A stretch of 64,000 nucleotides of DNA from an uncultured Bacteroidota bacterium (GCA_902790215.1 CADAQX010000021.1:3601-67600), one strand, 5' to 3'; positions 1 to 8,878 are shown, numbered from the stretch's first letter. A program made the numbers and translations. The notes: generated from the letters alone by a model not told the origin.

Positions 1-33
1 CAAGTCAGCAAACCCGAATAAACCCGCACCGCC

Positions 34-822
34 ATGACGACTCACCGTTTCCTCATCCCGCTGATTGCCCTCGCCCTCTTTGCCTCGTGCAAAAGCGAAC
101 AGAAGGTGGCTACCTACAGCGACCTCTACAAGGAGCAGCCTGTCTGCATCATCACCGCCCCGGTGCAGGACAATGCTCCGCGCCCCGTGGCCAAGACCAC
201 GCAGGACAAGGTGTTCAACGACGAATACACCGCTGCCGCCGTCTATATGCGGCAAACCCTCGCCGCTCCCCTCTCGGCTCAGGGCTACTACACCATCCCG
301 CCCCTCTCGGCCGACGCGGTGCTCGGCAAGGTGGGCAAGAACTACCGCCAGCTGCAACTCGACGGCCTCAAGGAGATGCACGCCCTCTACGGCATCGACG
401 CCGTGCTGCTGGTGGCCATCCACAAATGGCAACAGCCCGAAATCAACGAGGTGGTGGTCTATGCCGAATACACGCTGCGCTCCACCAAGAGCGGCCTGGA
501 ACTGATGCACACCTGGGTGCGCGGCAACAAGATCCAGCCCGTGGACGTGAAGGGCGAACCCGCCGAGCTGCCCGACGACATCGCCTTTATGGAACGCAAC
601 GAGATGGACAGCCGTCTCGCTCATATGTGCATCCTCGTGGAGCAGATGACCGACTTCGCCCTGCGCAATATCCCCACCAGTGTCAGCCGCTGGCATTTCC
701 AGCATGACCAGTACATCCCCTCCAACCCCGCTTTCTATAGTTTTACCATCAACCCCGACGGGAGCATCGAACGCTCCCAGTACTCGGAAGACGCTTTCGG
801 CAATGAATGCTTCACGGATTGA
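34..822 (+). CDS. Lipoprotein, DUF799/GNA1162-like family
   Basis: Lipobox signal (LIALALFASC). GYYTIPP and YGIDAVLLVAIHKW segments resemble the DUF799 lipoprotein family. Confidence 0.7.
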   Translation: MTTHRFLIPLIALALFASCKSEQKVATYSDLYKEQPVCIITAPVQDNAPRPVAKTTQDKVFNDEYTAAAVYMRQTLAAPLSAQGYYTIPPLSADAVLGKVGKNYRQLQLDGLKEMHALYGIDAVLLVAIHKWQQPEINEVVVYAEYTLRSTKSGLELMHTWVRGNKIQPVDVKGEPAELPDDIAFMERNEMDSRLAHMCILVEQMTDFALRNIPTSVSRWHFQHDQYIPSNPAFYSFTINPDGSIERSQYSEDAFGNECFTD

Positions 823-1522
823 ACTGTCGCTGACCCCGGCACTCTATGAGTGGCGCGGCATCAAAGAGAACCACACCACTGTGGCGGTGGATATCCTGCG
901 TGCCACCACGGCTGTCTGCGCCGCCTTCCAGGCCGGTGCAGAGGAGATTGTGCCGCTGGACACCCTCGAAGCTCTGGAGGACTTCCGCCAGCGCGGATGG
1001 ATGCGCGCCGCAGAACGCGGAGGCATGAAAATCGGCGACGCCGAATATGGCAACTCCCCCACCGAATACCTGCGCCACAACCTCAAGGGACAGCGCATTG
1101 CCTACAGCACCACCAACGGCACCGTGTGTATGCTGCGCGGTGCCGACGCACAACGCACACTCGTCGGCGCCTTCGCCAATATCGACGCGCTGACTAAACG
1201 GCTGCTCGACGAGCCTCAGGACCTGGTGATTCTCTGCAGCGGATGGAAGAACGACTTCTCCGTCGAGGACACACTCTTCGCCGGTGCCCTGTGCCAACGA
1301 CTGCTCGACAGCGGACTCTACTCCTCAACCCACGACGCCGTGGCCATGGCCATGACGCTGTGGGACGCATGCCACGGCGACCCCTACGGCTATTGCCTCG
1401 AACATGCCAGCCATGTGCAGCGGCTCATCGGCTTCGGCGCCGAAGAGGACATCAAGTTTGCCTTCAGGCAGAACACCTGCCCCGTCGTGCCGCAACTGAA
1501 AAACGGAACCCTACACATATAA
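803..1522 (+). CDS. comB: 2-phosphosulfolactate phosphatase (ComB family)
   Basis: VAVDILRATTAV...ERGGMKIGDAEYGNSPTEY motifs. I take the internal ATG at 803 (MNASRIE) as the start, because the track ORF from 680 overlaps the upstream gene in another frame. Confidence 0.8.
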   Translation: MNASRIELSLTPALYEWRGIKENHTTVAVDILRATTAVCAAFQAGAEEIVPLDTLEALEDFRQRGWMRAAERGGMKIGDAEYGNSPTEYLRHNLKGQRIAYSTTNGTVCMLRGADAQRTLVGAFANIDALTKRLLDEPQDLVILCSGWKNDFSVEDTLFAGALCQRLLDSGLYSSTHDAVAMAMTLWDACHGDPYGYCLEHASHVQRLIGFGAEEDIKFAFRQNTCPVVPQLKNGTLHI

Positions 1523-1534
1523 GAAATAAACGAA

Positions 1535-1576
1535 CAATTCTCAACTCTCAACTCTCAACTCTCAATTCTCAATTCC
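1535..1576 (+). repeat. Heptamer tandem array (AACTCTC/AATTCTC, 6 units), G-free on the + strand
   Basis: Read directly: caattctc aactctc aactctc aactctc aattctc aattccc. It fills the spacer between the comB stop and the ATG at 1578. Confidence 0.9.
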
Positions 1577-1577
1577 C

Positions 1578-2243
1578 ATGAAAGCAAACAGACTGAGACA
1601 TATCCTGATAGGGTTGCTGCTGTTCCCCGCCATCCTGGCGGCGCAGCACAGCGACACGCTCAGCTGCGGCTACAACCACCAGATCACCTTCGGCCAGATT
1701 GCCGCCCCCGCGCTGCTGACAACGACAGGCACCTTTATCTCAGCCACCCAGTGGCTCCACAACCAGATTGACGGCAACATCCACACCTGGACACAGCTGG
1801 ACGGCCACGCCCGTTTCGAGGCGGAGAACGTGCTGCAATACGTCCCCATCTCCTCGGTGCTTATCCTGAAAGCCGCCGGACTGGAGAGCAAACACGGCTG
1901 GCGCGACCTGGTGAACCTGGGCGGAGGAGCGGCACTGCTCAACGTAGCCCTGAGCAACGGCCTCAAATATGTGTATAGAGCCGAACGCCCCTATCCCGGT
2001 GTCTATAACAGCTTCCCCTCGGGGCATACCATCACCGCTTTCTTCGGCGCTGAGATGCTGCGGCGCGAATACGGCGAGGAGTATCCCGGCATCGCCATTG
2101 CCGGATACACCGTGGCCACAAGCGTGGGGCTCCTGCGCATGTACAACAACCGCCATTGGGCCAGCGACGTGCTGGCAGGAGCGGGTCTGGGCATCCTCTG
2201 CACCTCGCTGATGTACTGGCTGGCGCCCTATCTGCGTTTCTGA
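1578..2243 (+). CDS. PAP2-family phosphatase (membrane)
   Basis: PAP2 motifs KYVYRAERP, PSGHT and NRHWASDVLAG. Hydrophobic N- and C-termini. Confidence 0.85.
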   Translation: MKANRLRHILIGLLLFPAILAAQHSDTLSCGYNHQITFGQIAAPALLTTTGTFISATQWLHNQIDGNIHTWTQLDGHARFEAENVLQYVPISSVLILKAAGLESKHGWRDLVNLGGGAALLNVALSNGLKYVYRAERPYPGVYNSFPSGHTITAFFGAEMLRREYGEEYPGIAIAGYTVATSVGLLRMYNNRHWASDVLAGAGLGILCTSLMYWLAPYLRF

Positions 2244-2254
2244 CCCATTGCCGC

Positions 2255-2926
2255 ATGGAACCCATCGCCCATATCTCGAGCCTTTTCCCCACCAAATTCG
2301 GCATCCCGCGACAGGCGGGGATTGTCAACACCCCCGCACGCATCCTCTTCGAGCCTCAGTACCGCAATGCCGAGGCCGTGCGCGGACTGGAGGAGTTCGA
2401 CTACATCTGGCTTATCTGGCAGTTCAGCGAGGCGGTGCGGCAGGAGTGGTCGCCCACGGTGCGGCCGCCACGGCTGGGCGGCAACCGCCGCATGGGGGTC
2501 TTCGCCACCCGCAGCCCCTTCCGCCCCAATCCACTGGGTCTCTCCTCCGTGAGACTGCTGAAAGTGGAGCATTCCACACCCGAAGGACCTGTGCTGCACA
2601 TCGAAGGCGCCGACCTCATGGACGGCACCCCCATCTATGATATCAAGCCCTATCTGCCCTACACCGACAGCCATCCCGACGCCCGCAGCGGCTTCGCCCC
2701 GCAAGCGGCTGAGCAGTTGCTACATGTGGAATGCCCGGAGGCGCTGCTGATGCTTATGCCCGAAGAGCTGCGCGGCAGCCTGCTCGACATACTGGCCCAC
2801 GACCCACGGCCGCAGTACCACCACGACCCGCAGCGGGTCTATTGCATGGAACTGGCAGGAAAGGAAATACGTTTCAAAGTGGAAGACGGCAGCGCTGTCG
2901 TGACCGACATCACTCCCCGTCGCTGA
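2255..2926 (+). CDS. trmO: tRNA (t6A37-N6)-methyltransferase TrmO (YaeB family)
   Basis: FDYIWLIWQFSE, VFATRSPFRPNPLGLS and DGTPIYDIKPY motifs. Start taken at MEPIAH (2255). Confidence 0.85.
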   Translation: MEPIAHISSLFPTKFGIPRQAGIVNTPARILFEPQYRNAEAVRGLEEFDYIWLIWQFSEAVRQEWSPTVRPPRLGGNRRMGVFATRSPFRPNPLGLSSVRLLKVEHSTPEGPVLHIEGADLMDGTPIYDIKPYLPYTDSHPDARSGFAPQAAEQLLHVECPEALLMLMPEELRGSLLDILAHDPRPQYHHDPQRVYCMELAGKEIRFKVEDGSAVVTDITPRR

Positions 2927-3755
2927 CCCCCTGCCCGGCGGCAGGAATCTTGTCGAAATACCGCACCTCGTGCTGCGCCCCGTCAGCGGCCATGGCCGTG
3001 TTGGGGAAAACCGTCTGCGCCTCGGCAAGCAGCAGCTCCGGCTCCTTGAAGCGGGCACTGATATGCGTGAGCAGCAGCTCGCCCACATGGGCTTTCTGCG
3101 CCAGTGTCGCCGCCATCAAGGTGGTGCAGTGCAACTTCTCCGTCGCCACAGAGGCAAAGGCGTTGTTGAAAGTGCTTTCTATGCACAGGAGATTCACCCC
3201 CTCGATATAGGGCAGGAAACTCTCGGTGTAGCCCGTGTCGGTGCAATAGGCGTAGCGGCGCACGGGGTTCTTGCCACGGGGTTTCTCCTCGATAAGGTAG
3301 CCATAGGTGGGCACCGAGTGCAGCAGAGGGAACGCCGACACCCGGCAGCGGTTGTTTTCAAACAGCAGTTCCATCCCTTCGTCATGCACAATCTCATGGT
3401 AGCGCAACTCGTAGTCGAGGTGGCTGCCCGAGGTCTGCATCAGCAGTTCCATGGCGGCACGCACGCCCGCCGGGGCGTAAACGTCCAGCGGCTCCTTGCG
3501 CCCGCAGAGGTGCATGCTGCTCACAAGCCCCGGCAGACCGAAGAAATGGTCGCCGTGCAGATGGGTGATAAAGATTTGCGAGACAGCCTGCATGCGCTGG
3601 TGATAGACGCGCAACTGGGTCTGTGTGTTCTCGCCGCAGTCCAGGAGGATTCGGAAGCCGTTGATGTTCACCACCTGCCCACTGCAATGGCGCGCCACCG
3701 TGGGCAACGCCGCGCCCGAACCCAATATGGTCGTGTAGAAGTTCATGCCCGGCAA
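2910..3755 (-). CDS. rnz: Ribonuclease Z (MBL fold)
   Basis: ILGSGAALP and ITHLHGDHFFGLPGL metallo-beta-lactamase motifs. An alternative start is at 3746 (MNFYTT). The 3' end overlaps trmO convergently by 17 nt. Confidence 0.85.
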   Translation of the reverse strand: MPGMNFYTTILGSGAALPTVARHCSGQVVNINGFRILLDCGENTQTQLRVYHQRMQAVSQIFITHLHGDHFFGLPGLVSSMHLCGRKEPLDVYAPAGVRAAMELLMQTSGSHLDYELRYHEIVHDEGMELLFENNRCRVSAFPLLHSVPTYGYLIEEKPRGKNPVRRYAYCTDTGYTESFLPYIEGVNLLCIESTFNNAFASVATEKLHCTTLMAATLAQKAHVGELLLTHISARFKEPELLLAEAQTVFPNTAMAADGAQHEVRYFDKIPAAGQGVSDGE

Positions 3756-4886
3756 TCAGTTCTCGTAATAGACAATAGCACCCGTGGCAGGCTCGAAGAG
3801 GGCCTTGAAGTGTTTGTGCGGCAAGTCGATGACGGGGCCGTACTGCGCCACGGGGAGCGTCACGCGGTAGTCGAACAACTCGCACGACAGCAGCATCTGA
3901 GCCTGGGAAGGCAGGCGATACTTGAAATTCTTAGCCTTGAGGAAAGGCAGTCCCTTGGGCTGGGTGCTGAACTGGCGCACATGCTGCAGCGACTTGTCGG
4001 GACGAAGGGTATAGACCACCGGCATGGCGCCATAGTCGTCGCTCTCGCATATCCCCTCGCTGCGCGAGAAATAGAACAGCACACCGCGCTGCACCGTGTC
4101 GCTTGCACTTGCGGGGGCCTTGGGGGTGATGAAGAAATGGACGGTCTCCACCACCGGCTTGCCGATGAACTGGGCCAGCAGCAGAGCCTCTTTCTCCTCC
4201 AGCTGCTGCAGCAGTTCGCGCTTCCCCTCGGGGGTGTAGCGGTCGGAGAGGGCAATATCGGCGCGGGTGTCTTCGAGCTCGGCAATCTCCTCGGCAGCGG
4301 CCTGGGCACGCTGGCGCAATGAGCGCGGGGCTTTCTTGGTGGAAAGACCCGTGGGGTTGCCGGGACGGTCGCCGCGCACATAGAAGGTGTCGGTGCGGTC
4401 GATGAGGTTATAGGTGGGCAGCATCTTGTCGGCGGTGGCATTGTGCAGCACCAGCTTGGCCTCTTCCTGACGGGGCTGTCCCGAAGGCTGTGCCGGACCC
4501 GTGTGCTGAGCCACTTCCTGCGGGGTCATGCCCACGGCGCGGAGGAGGTGACGGCTATCCACCTGCACCGAAATGCCGTTGGGATTCACCAGATAATAGT
4601 GGTCGGGGTCGGCCGCCACCGTGTAGGTGGTCTCGATATTCTTGATGCGATAGGGCTTCTCCACGTCGAAATTGTCAAGTGCCAGCATCTCCGTGGCATA
4701 CTCGGAGAAAACAGCCTCGGTCAAGTCATAATATTGATAGGTGACATCCACACATATCTCCGTGCGCGGAAGGGCGTAATACAAACCGCCGCCCGAAGCG
4801 GTGCCGTTGTCATTCACCGGCGTTACACTATAGCATCCCGCAAAGAGACATGCGGCTGCAACAAGCAAAGGGATTCTGCGAAACAT
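3756..4886 (-). CDS. Lipoprotein of unknown function (DUF4831-like)
   Basis: Lipobox LFAGC. Long clean ORF whose stop directly abuts the rnz ATG. The family assignment is from memory only. Confidence 0.6.
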   Translation of the reverse strand: MFRRIPLLVAAACLFAGCYSVTPVNDNGTASGGGLYYALPRTEICVDVTYQYYDLTEAVFSEYATEMLALDNFDVEKPYRIKNIETTYTVAADPDHYYLVNPNGISVQVDSRHLLRAVGMTPQEVAQHTGPAQPSGQPRQEEAKLVLHNATADKMLPTYNLIDRTDTFYVRGDRPGNPTGLSTKKAPRSLRQRAQAAAEEIAELEDTRADIALSDRYTPEGKRELLQQLEEKEALLLAQFIGKPVVETVHFFITPKAPASASDTVQRGVLFYFSRSEGICESDDYGAMPVVYTLRPDKSLQHVRQFSTQPKGLPFLKAKNFKYRLPSQAQMLLSCELFDYRVTLPVAQYGPVIDLPHKHFKALFEPATGAIVYYEN

Positions 4887-4907
4887 AGGGTATATAAAAT
4901 ATTAATG

Positions 4908-6368
4908 TTAATTCTTTTTGTGTTTACTGATAGCCAGCAGGCCGAGGAACGTCAGCAGCCCGTTGAACAGGAGTATCTCGAAGCCGAAGTGGTAGCCCGT
5001 CCACACAGGCATATACACTTTTACAATATAGGATATGACTGGCGACAGCACCGCCACCACCGGCACCCAGCGGTCGCGCACCTGCAATTTGGTAAAGAGA
5101 CCGAAGGTGTACATGCCCAGCAAGGGCCCGTAGGTGAAGCCCGCCACATCGAACAGCGTGTCGATGAGCGACTGGGTGTGGAACGGCCGGAAAGCCAATA
5201 TCACCAACAGGTACAGCAGCGCAAAGCCCACATGCACCAACCGGCGCAACCGCACCGACGAGCGGCTGTCGTCCCTGCGCTCAAAGCCCAGGAAGTCGTA
5301 GCAGAGTGTGGTGGTCAAGGCCGTCAAGGTGCCGTCGGCGCTCGAATAGCCCGCCGCCACCATGCCGATGATAAAAACCACCGCCGTGAACGTGTTGAGG
5401 TGGAACGCCACCGACGGGAATATCTTGTCGCCCATCACATGGCCTTGGGCATCCACCGGCAGCTCAAAGCCCGTGCTCTGCGCATAGGCTATCAGCGCGG
5501 CACCCAGGCAGAGGAACAGCAGATTGACAATAATGAACAGCCCGCTGCTGGTCATCACATTCTTCTGCGCATCGCGCAGCGACTTGCAAGTGAGGTTTTT
5601 CTGCATCATGTCCTGGTCAAGGCCCGTCATGGTGATAGTGATGAACATGCCGCTCAGAATCTGTTTCCAATAATATTTGCCCGCAGTGGGGTCGGTCTCG
5701 AAGACACGGGTATAGCCCGCCTCGGCCGAGCGGTGCATCAGCTGAGGCAAAGAAATGTCCAATTCGTTCAGGATAGCCACCACCGTAGCAATGGCGGCCA
5801 AGAGCAGGAAAGTGGTCTGCAGTGTGTCGGTCCACACCACCGTCTTCACCCCGCCGCGGAACGTATAGAGCAGGATGATGCAGATAAACACCACCGCGAT
5901 GGCCCAGAACGGGAAACCCCACGCCCGGAACACGAACTCATACAGCACAAACACCACCAGGTACATGCGCAACGCCGAGCCCATCAGCCGCGAGATGATA
6001 AAGAACAGGGCGCCCGTCTTCTCCGACGCCACGCCGAAACGCTGTTCCAAATAACTGTAAATCGAGGTGAGGTTCAGCTTATAATACAACGGCAGCAGCA
6101 CCAGTGCGATGGCCGCATAGCCCAGCACATAGCCGAACACCAGCGGCATATAGGTAAACTGCCCTGAATACACACCGCCGGGCACCGACAGAAAAGTGAC
6201 GCCCGACAGCGACGCCCCGATCATGCCGTAGGCCACCACCGGCCACGGCGACTTGCGCTGGCCGCGGAAGAAAGCATCGTTGCCCGCCGTGCGGCGCGAC
6301 GACAGCCACATCACGGCGAAAAGCAACACCGTGTATGCCACAAAACAGATTAAGACAATCTTCTCCAT
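4908..6368 (-). CDS. Sodium:solute symporter family (SSF) transporter
   Basis: About 13 predicted hydrophobic helices. The N-terminal FFRGQRKSPWPVVAYGMIGASLSGVTFLSVPG is typical of SSF. Confidence 0.85.
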   Translation of the reverse strand: MEKIVLICFVAYTVLLFAVMWLSSRRTAGNDAFFRGQRKSPWPVVAYGMIGASLSGVTFLSVPGGVYSGQFTYMPLVFGYVLGYAAIALVLLPLYYKLNLTSIYSYLEQRFGVASEKTGALFFIISRLMGSALRMYLVVFVLYEFVFRAWGFPFWAIAVVFICIILLYTFRGGVKTVVWTDTLQTTFLLLAAIATVVAILNELDISLPQLMHRSAEAGYTRVFETDPTAGKYYWKQILSGMFITITMTGLDQDMMQKNLTCKSLRDAQKNVMTSSGLFIIVNLLFLCLGAALIAYAQSTGFELPVDAQGHVMGDKIFPSVAFHLNTFTAVVFIIGMVAAGYSSADGTLTALTTTLCYDFLGFERRDDSRSSVRLRRLVHVGFALLYLLVILAFRPFHTQSLIDTLFDVAGFTYGPLLGMYTFGLFTKLQVRDRWVPVVAVLSPVISYIVKVYMPVWTGYHFGFEILLFNGLLTFLGLLAISKHKKN

Positions 6369-6409
6369 CCTGTATTCTTGAAAGAGTATCGCGAATCGCG
6401 AAAGCCAAA

Positions 6410-6442
6410 CTTCTTAATTCTTAACTCTTAATTCTTATTTCC
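6410..6442. repeat. Low-complexity word repeat (CTTAATT/CTTAACT), G-free on the + strand
   Basis: cttcttaattcttaactcttaattcttatttcc lies in the symporter 5' leader. The reverse-complement word recurs in the hairpin at 61544-61606. Confidence 0.8.
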
Positions 6443-6499
6443 AATTATTTATTCAAAACTGCAAATTTACACAAAAATCTTGTATTACACACAAACGCA

Positions 6500-6685
6500 C
6501 GAAAAAAAAGATGAACCCAAACAATGTATGGCTGACTATGGCGGAGCAATCGCAAGGTAGTGTCTCTTCGAGACGTTGGGAGGGAGGGCTTCTCCATCCC
6601 CACACTGCGCTCCGCTTAGTGTGGGGTTTTCGAAATACAGCTTCTTCGAGGCTGATGGAGTGTCCAAGCGTGCCAAAAGTACGCC
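6500..6685. ncRNA. Candidate structured RNA or leader (unclassified; strand unresolved)
   Basis: Nested helices 6592-6598/6654-6660, 6598-6606/6618-6626 and 6630-6634/6645-6649. Loop 6609-6615 is complementary to 6541-6547. A TACTTTTG box on the minus strand lies at 6674-6681. No credible ORF. Confidence 0.3.
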
Positions 6686-6686
6686 A

Positions 6687-6795
6687 CCCTAAAACCTTAA
6701 AACCCTCCAACCCTAAAACCTTTCTCCCCTCCAACCTTAAAACCATTCTCCCCTAAAACCTTAAAACCTTTCTCCCCTAAAACCTTAAAACCATA
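6687..6795. repeat. Tandem repeat built on CCCTAAAACCTTAAAACC (about 4 units of about 27 nt)
   Basis: Read directly. The reverse-complement word (ggttttaaggttttaggg) occurs at 31811-31828. Confidence 0.85.
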
Positions 6796-6961
6796 AACAA
6801 CACGGCAATTCTAAGAGATTACCACAAGATATTTCAAGTTTTTTTATAGAGGAAAGATACTAAAATCTCTCCATTTCCGTTTTTATTCGTAACTTTGTAT
6901 TTTCAAATACAAGTAAAATCATATCGAAAAGTAAGTACAACATATTAGGAATTAGCATACT

Positions 6962-7843
6962 ATGAAAACAAAGCAGATTCTCACAACAGCCCTATTCTTG
7001 TGTTTGACCGGCTGTTTGGCTGCACAAAACAACGATAATCTGCGCGGCCGCATCAACGACCGGCCCACCCAGGCCGTCCAGCGCCGCCCCAACGCCCCGC
7101 AGAAGACCGAGCAACGCATGCCCGACCAGCTCTCCGACTGCCAGCGTGACGGTCTCCACGGTGAGGTGAAGAACGTCCTCTCTGTCATGTACGAAGCCGA
7201 CGGACGCGCCAACAACGCCGGCCGCGGCAGTATCCTCGAGCGTCTCAAAACAGTATATAACCAGAAAGGGCAGCGCCGCAGCCAGTCGTACCTCTCCAAC
7301 GAGGAAGACATGATTTTCCGCACACGCTACAAACACGACGATTTCGGTCTCGTCACCCTCGAGCACATCCTCGACCCCGACGAGAACGTCATCGGCCGCA
7401 CCTACTACCTCTACGACCCCGACCTCATCCTCACCGAAGTCTATATCGAAGACGAGGAACGCCAGATCGAGAGCCGCGTGCTCTACAAATACGATGCCCA
7501 GGGCCGCCTCAGCCAGCTCAGCTACAACGACCATGAGAACAACACCTTCCGCCGCGAAGTGTTCATCTATGGTGAGAACGACAACATCTACAAGACCGTG
7601 GTCTTCAACGCCAAGGGCGACAAAGTGCAGGAGATACGCTACGAGTATGACGAGCACAACGAACCCGTCAGCTCCACCCTCTTCGACTACTATGAAGACC
7701 CCAACGAGCCCGAACTCACCATCACCCTCTACGAATACCGCTATGACGAAGAGGGCAACTGGGTGACCCGCTACGAATACCAGCTCGAGAACGACAAGAA
7801 AATACCCACCTACATCGTCGAGCGCGACATCAAATACTTCTAA
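6962..7843 (+). CDS. Lipoprotein with YD-like repeats, unknown function
   Basis: Lipobox LTGC. Repeated YxYD/YEYD segments. A TAACTTTG box lies at 6890-6897. Confidence 0.7.
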   Translation: MKTKQILTTALFLCLTGCLAAQNNDNLRGRINDRPTQAVQRRPNAPQKTEQRMPDQLSDCQRDGLHGEVKNVLSVMYEADGRANNAGRGSILERLKTVYNQKGQRRSQSYLSNEEDMIFRTRYKHDDFGLVTLEHILDPDENVIGRTYYLYDPDLILTEVYIEDEERQIESRVLYKYDAQGRLSQLSYNDHENNTFRREVFIYGENDNIYKTVVFNAKGDKVQEIRYEYDEHNEPVSSTLFDYYEDPNEPELTITLYEYRYDEEGNWVTRYEYQLENDKKIPTYIVERDIKYF

Positions 7844-7877
7844 CAGAAAAGACAAAAAGGGATAATGATTTTTTTCA

Positions 7878-7911
7878 CGGCTCTGCCATCACTGGCAGGG
7901 CCGATTTTTTT
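7878..7911 (+). terminator. Intrinsic terminator of the 6962..7843 gene
   Basis: Stem cggctctgcc/ggcagggccg followed by a T7 run. Confidence 0.7.
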
Positions 7912-8004
7912 CTCCCCCATCCCAGCACCGTCGAGACGTTGTAACGACGTGTCTTTTCCCCTATGGCAACCTCTAAAATTGCCCCTTGAAATAAGTATTA
8001 TGTA

Positions 8005-8306
8005 TTACAAGTTTCATCCCTTATTACCGTCCAGTACAGCTGGCGAACGTTTTCGGTGAGACGTTTGCCGCTTCGCGCGGAAGTTATTTATTATTCTGTG
8101 AGGAATTACGCCACCTTTCGCCACTTTTCCTCTACGTTCCGATAATGTCGCTTATTTGTCCCCAACGTTCCTCTGCGCGCCTCCCGGACTCAATACTGTG
8201 CCGTTCTTTATCTTATCGTTTTCCGATATGTTTCCCATCGTTTTCCCTTTCTGAAACGGAAAACGATGGGAAAACGAGCGAATAACGATCGAATAAATGA
8301 CGACCC
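8005..8306 (-). repeat. Dispersed intergenic repeat, subtype 1, copy A
   Basis: The reverse complement aligns by eye with 27788-28079 and 35671-35900. It shares the TTATTCGATCG 11-mers and the TTTTCCC.../...GGGAAAA inverted repeat. Confidence 0.85.
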
Positions 8307-8391
8307 TTGATGGTTTCACCAACGACTGGTGCAGCATGACACCAATCTATGCAATTGGTAAGAATGACTTGCAGTAAACCTACGCCATCAG

Positions 8392-8727
8392 TCAGAACAC
8401 TGCCGCCGTACGGCGGAGCAATGTGCTTTCCCCGCGTGTTTGCTGCTGGTGCTCCACCTCCCGCTGGGCAATGACGAGCAAGTTGTGCTCATAGCCGTAT
8501 TGCCGCCGCATCCAAAAATCATAAGGGATTCCGAGTTCCTTTTCCAATGCCATGGCAAATTCCACGGTGAAACTGCGCTTCCCCTTTATCAGCTCGTTGA
8601 GGTGGCTGGGGAGAATGCCAATCTTTGCGGCGAGGTCTTTCTGCTTAATTCCGCGCTCCTTTAACTCCTCGTTAAGAGTCTCGCCCGGATGCACTGCGCG
8701 GAAGCCTGTAATTCTATCGTTGTCCAT
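8392..8727 (-). CDS. higA: HigA-family antitoxin / XRE-type HTH protein (no partner toxin seen)
   Basis: HPGETLNEELKERGIKQKDLAAKIGILPSHLNELIKGKRSFT matches the HigA N-terminal HTH pattern. It has its own TATCTTTG box at 8786-8793 (minus strand). Confidence 0.75.
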   Translation of the reverse strand: MDNDRITGFRAVHPGETLNEELKERGIKQKDLAAKIGILPSHLNELIKGKRSFTVEFAMALEKELGIPYDFWMRRQYGYEHNLLVIAQREVEHQQQTRGESTLLRRTAAVF

Positions 8728-8845
8728 AATACAATAATCTATGAATCAACGCCGTCGAACGTTACCTTCATTATTGTTGTATATGCAAAGATACAAATAA
8801 ATTCTGAATTATGGGAATTTTGTCATTGTTTCCTATTTGCTATAA

Positions 8846-8876
8846 ATAAAAAACAGCGGTCGTTTGACCGCCGTTT
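8846..8876 (-). terminator. Intrinsic terminator after tRNA-Leu
   Basis: The minus strand reads acggcggtc-aaac-gaccgctgt followed by T6. Confidence 0.65.
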
Positions 8877-8878
8877 TG

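Noticed and set aside
2970-4322. Long + strand ORF (450 aa) antisense to rnz and the DUF4831-like gene. Similar long antisense ORFs are 4443..6167, 6992..7855, 10909..12135, 13314..14291, 15780..16808, 19406..20611, 26397..27572, 36305..37294, 40658..42028, 41700..42620, 43708..44700, 46857..48488, 48544..50589, 53018..54037 and 61788..62555.
   Set aside because: These are shadow ORFs, typical of GC-rich coding DNA. Their translations are low-complexity (rich in G, A, V, H, R and D) with no motifs. The opposite strand carries clearly recognisable genes in every case.
6687-6795. Possible CRISPR array.
   Set aside because: The repeat units are directly tandem, with no unique spacers of regular length. 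There are no cas genes in the window.
8728-8878. A HigB/RelE toxin gene next to higA.
   Set aside because: Only 150 nt are available here, and they are occupied by the higA promoter box and the tRNA terminator. No ORF of suitable size exists on either side.
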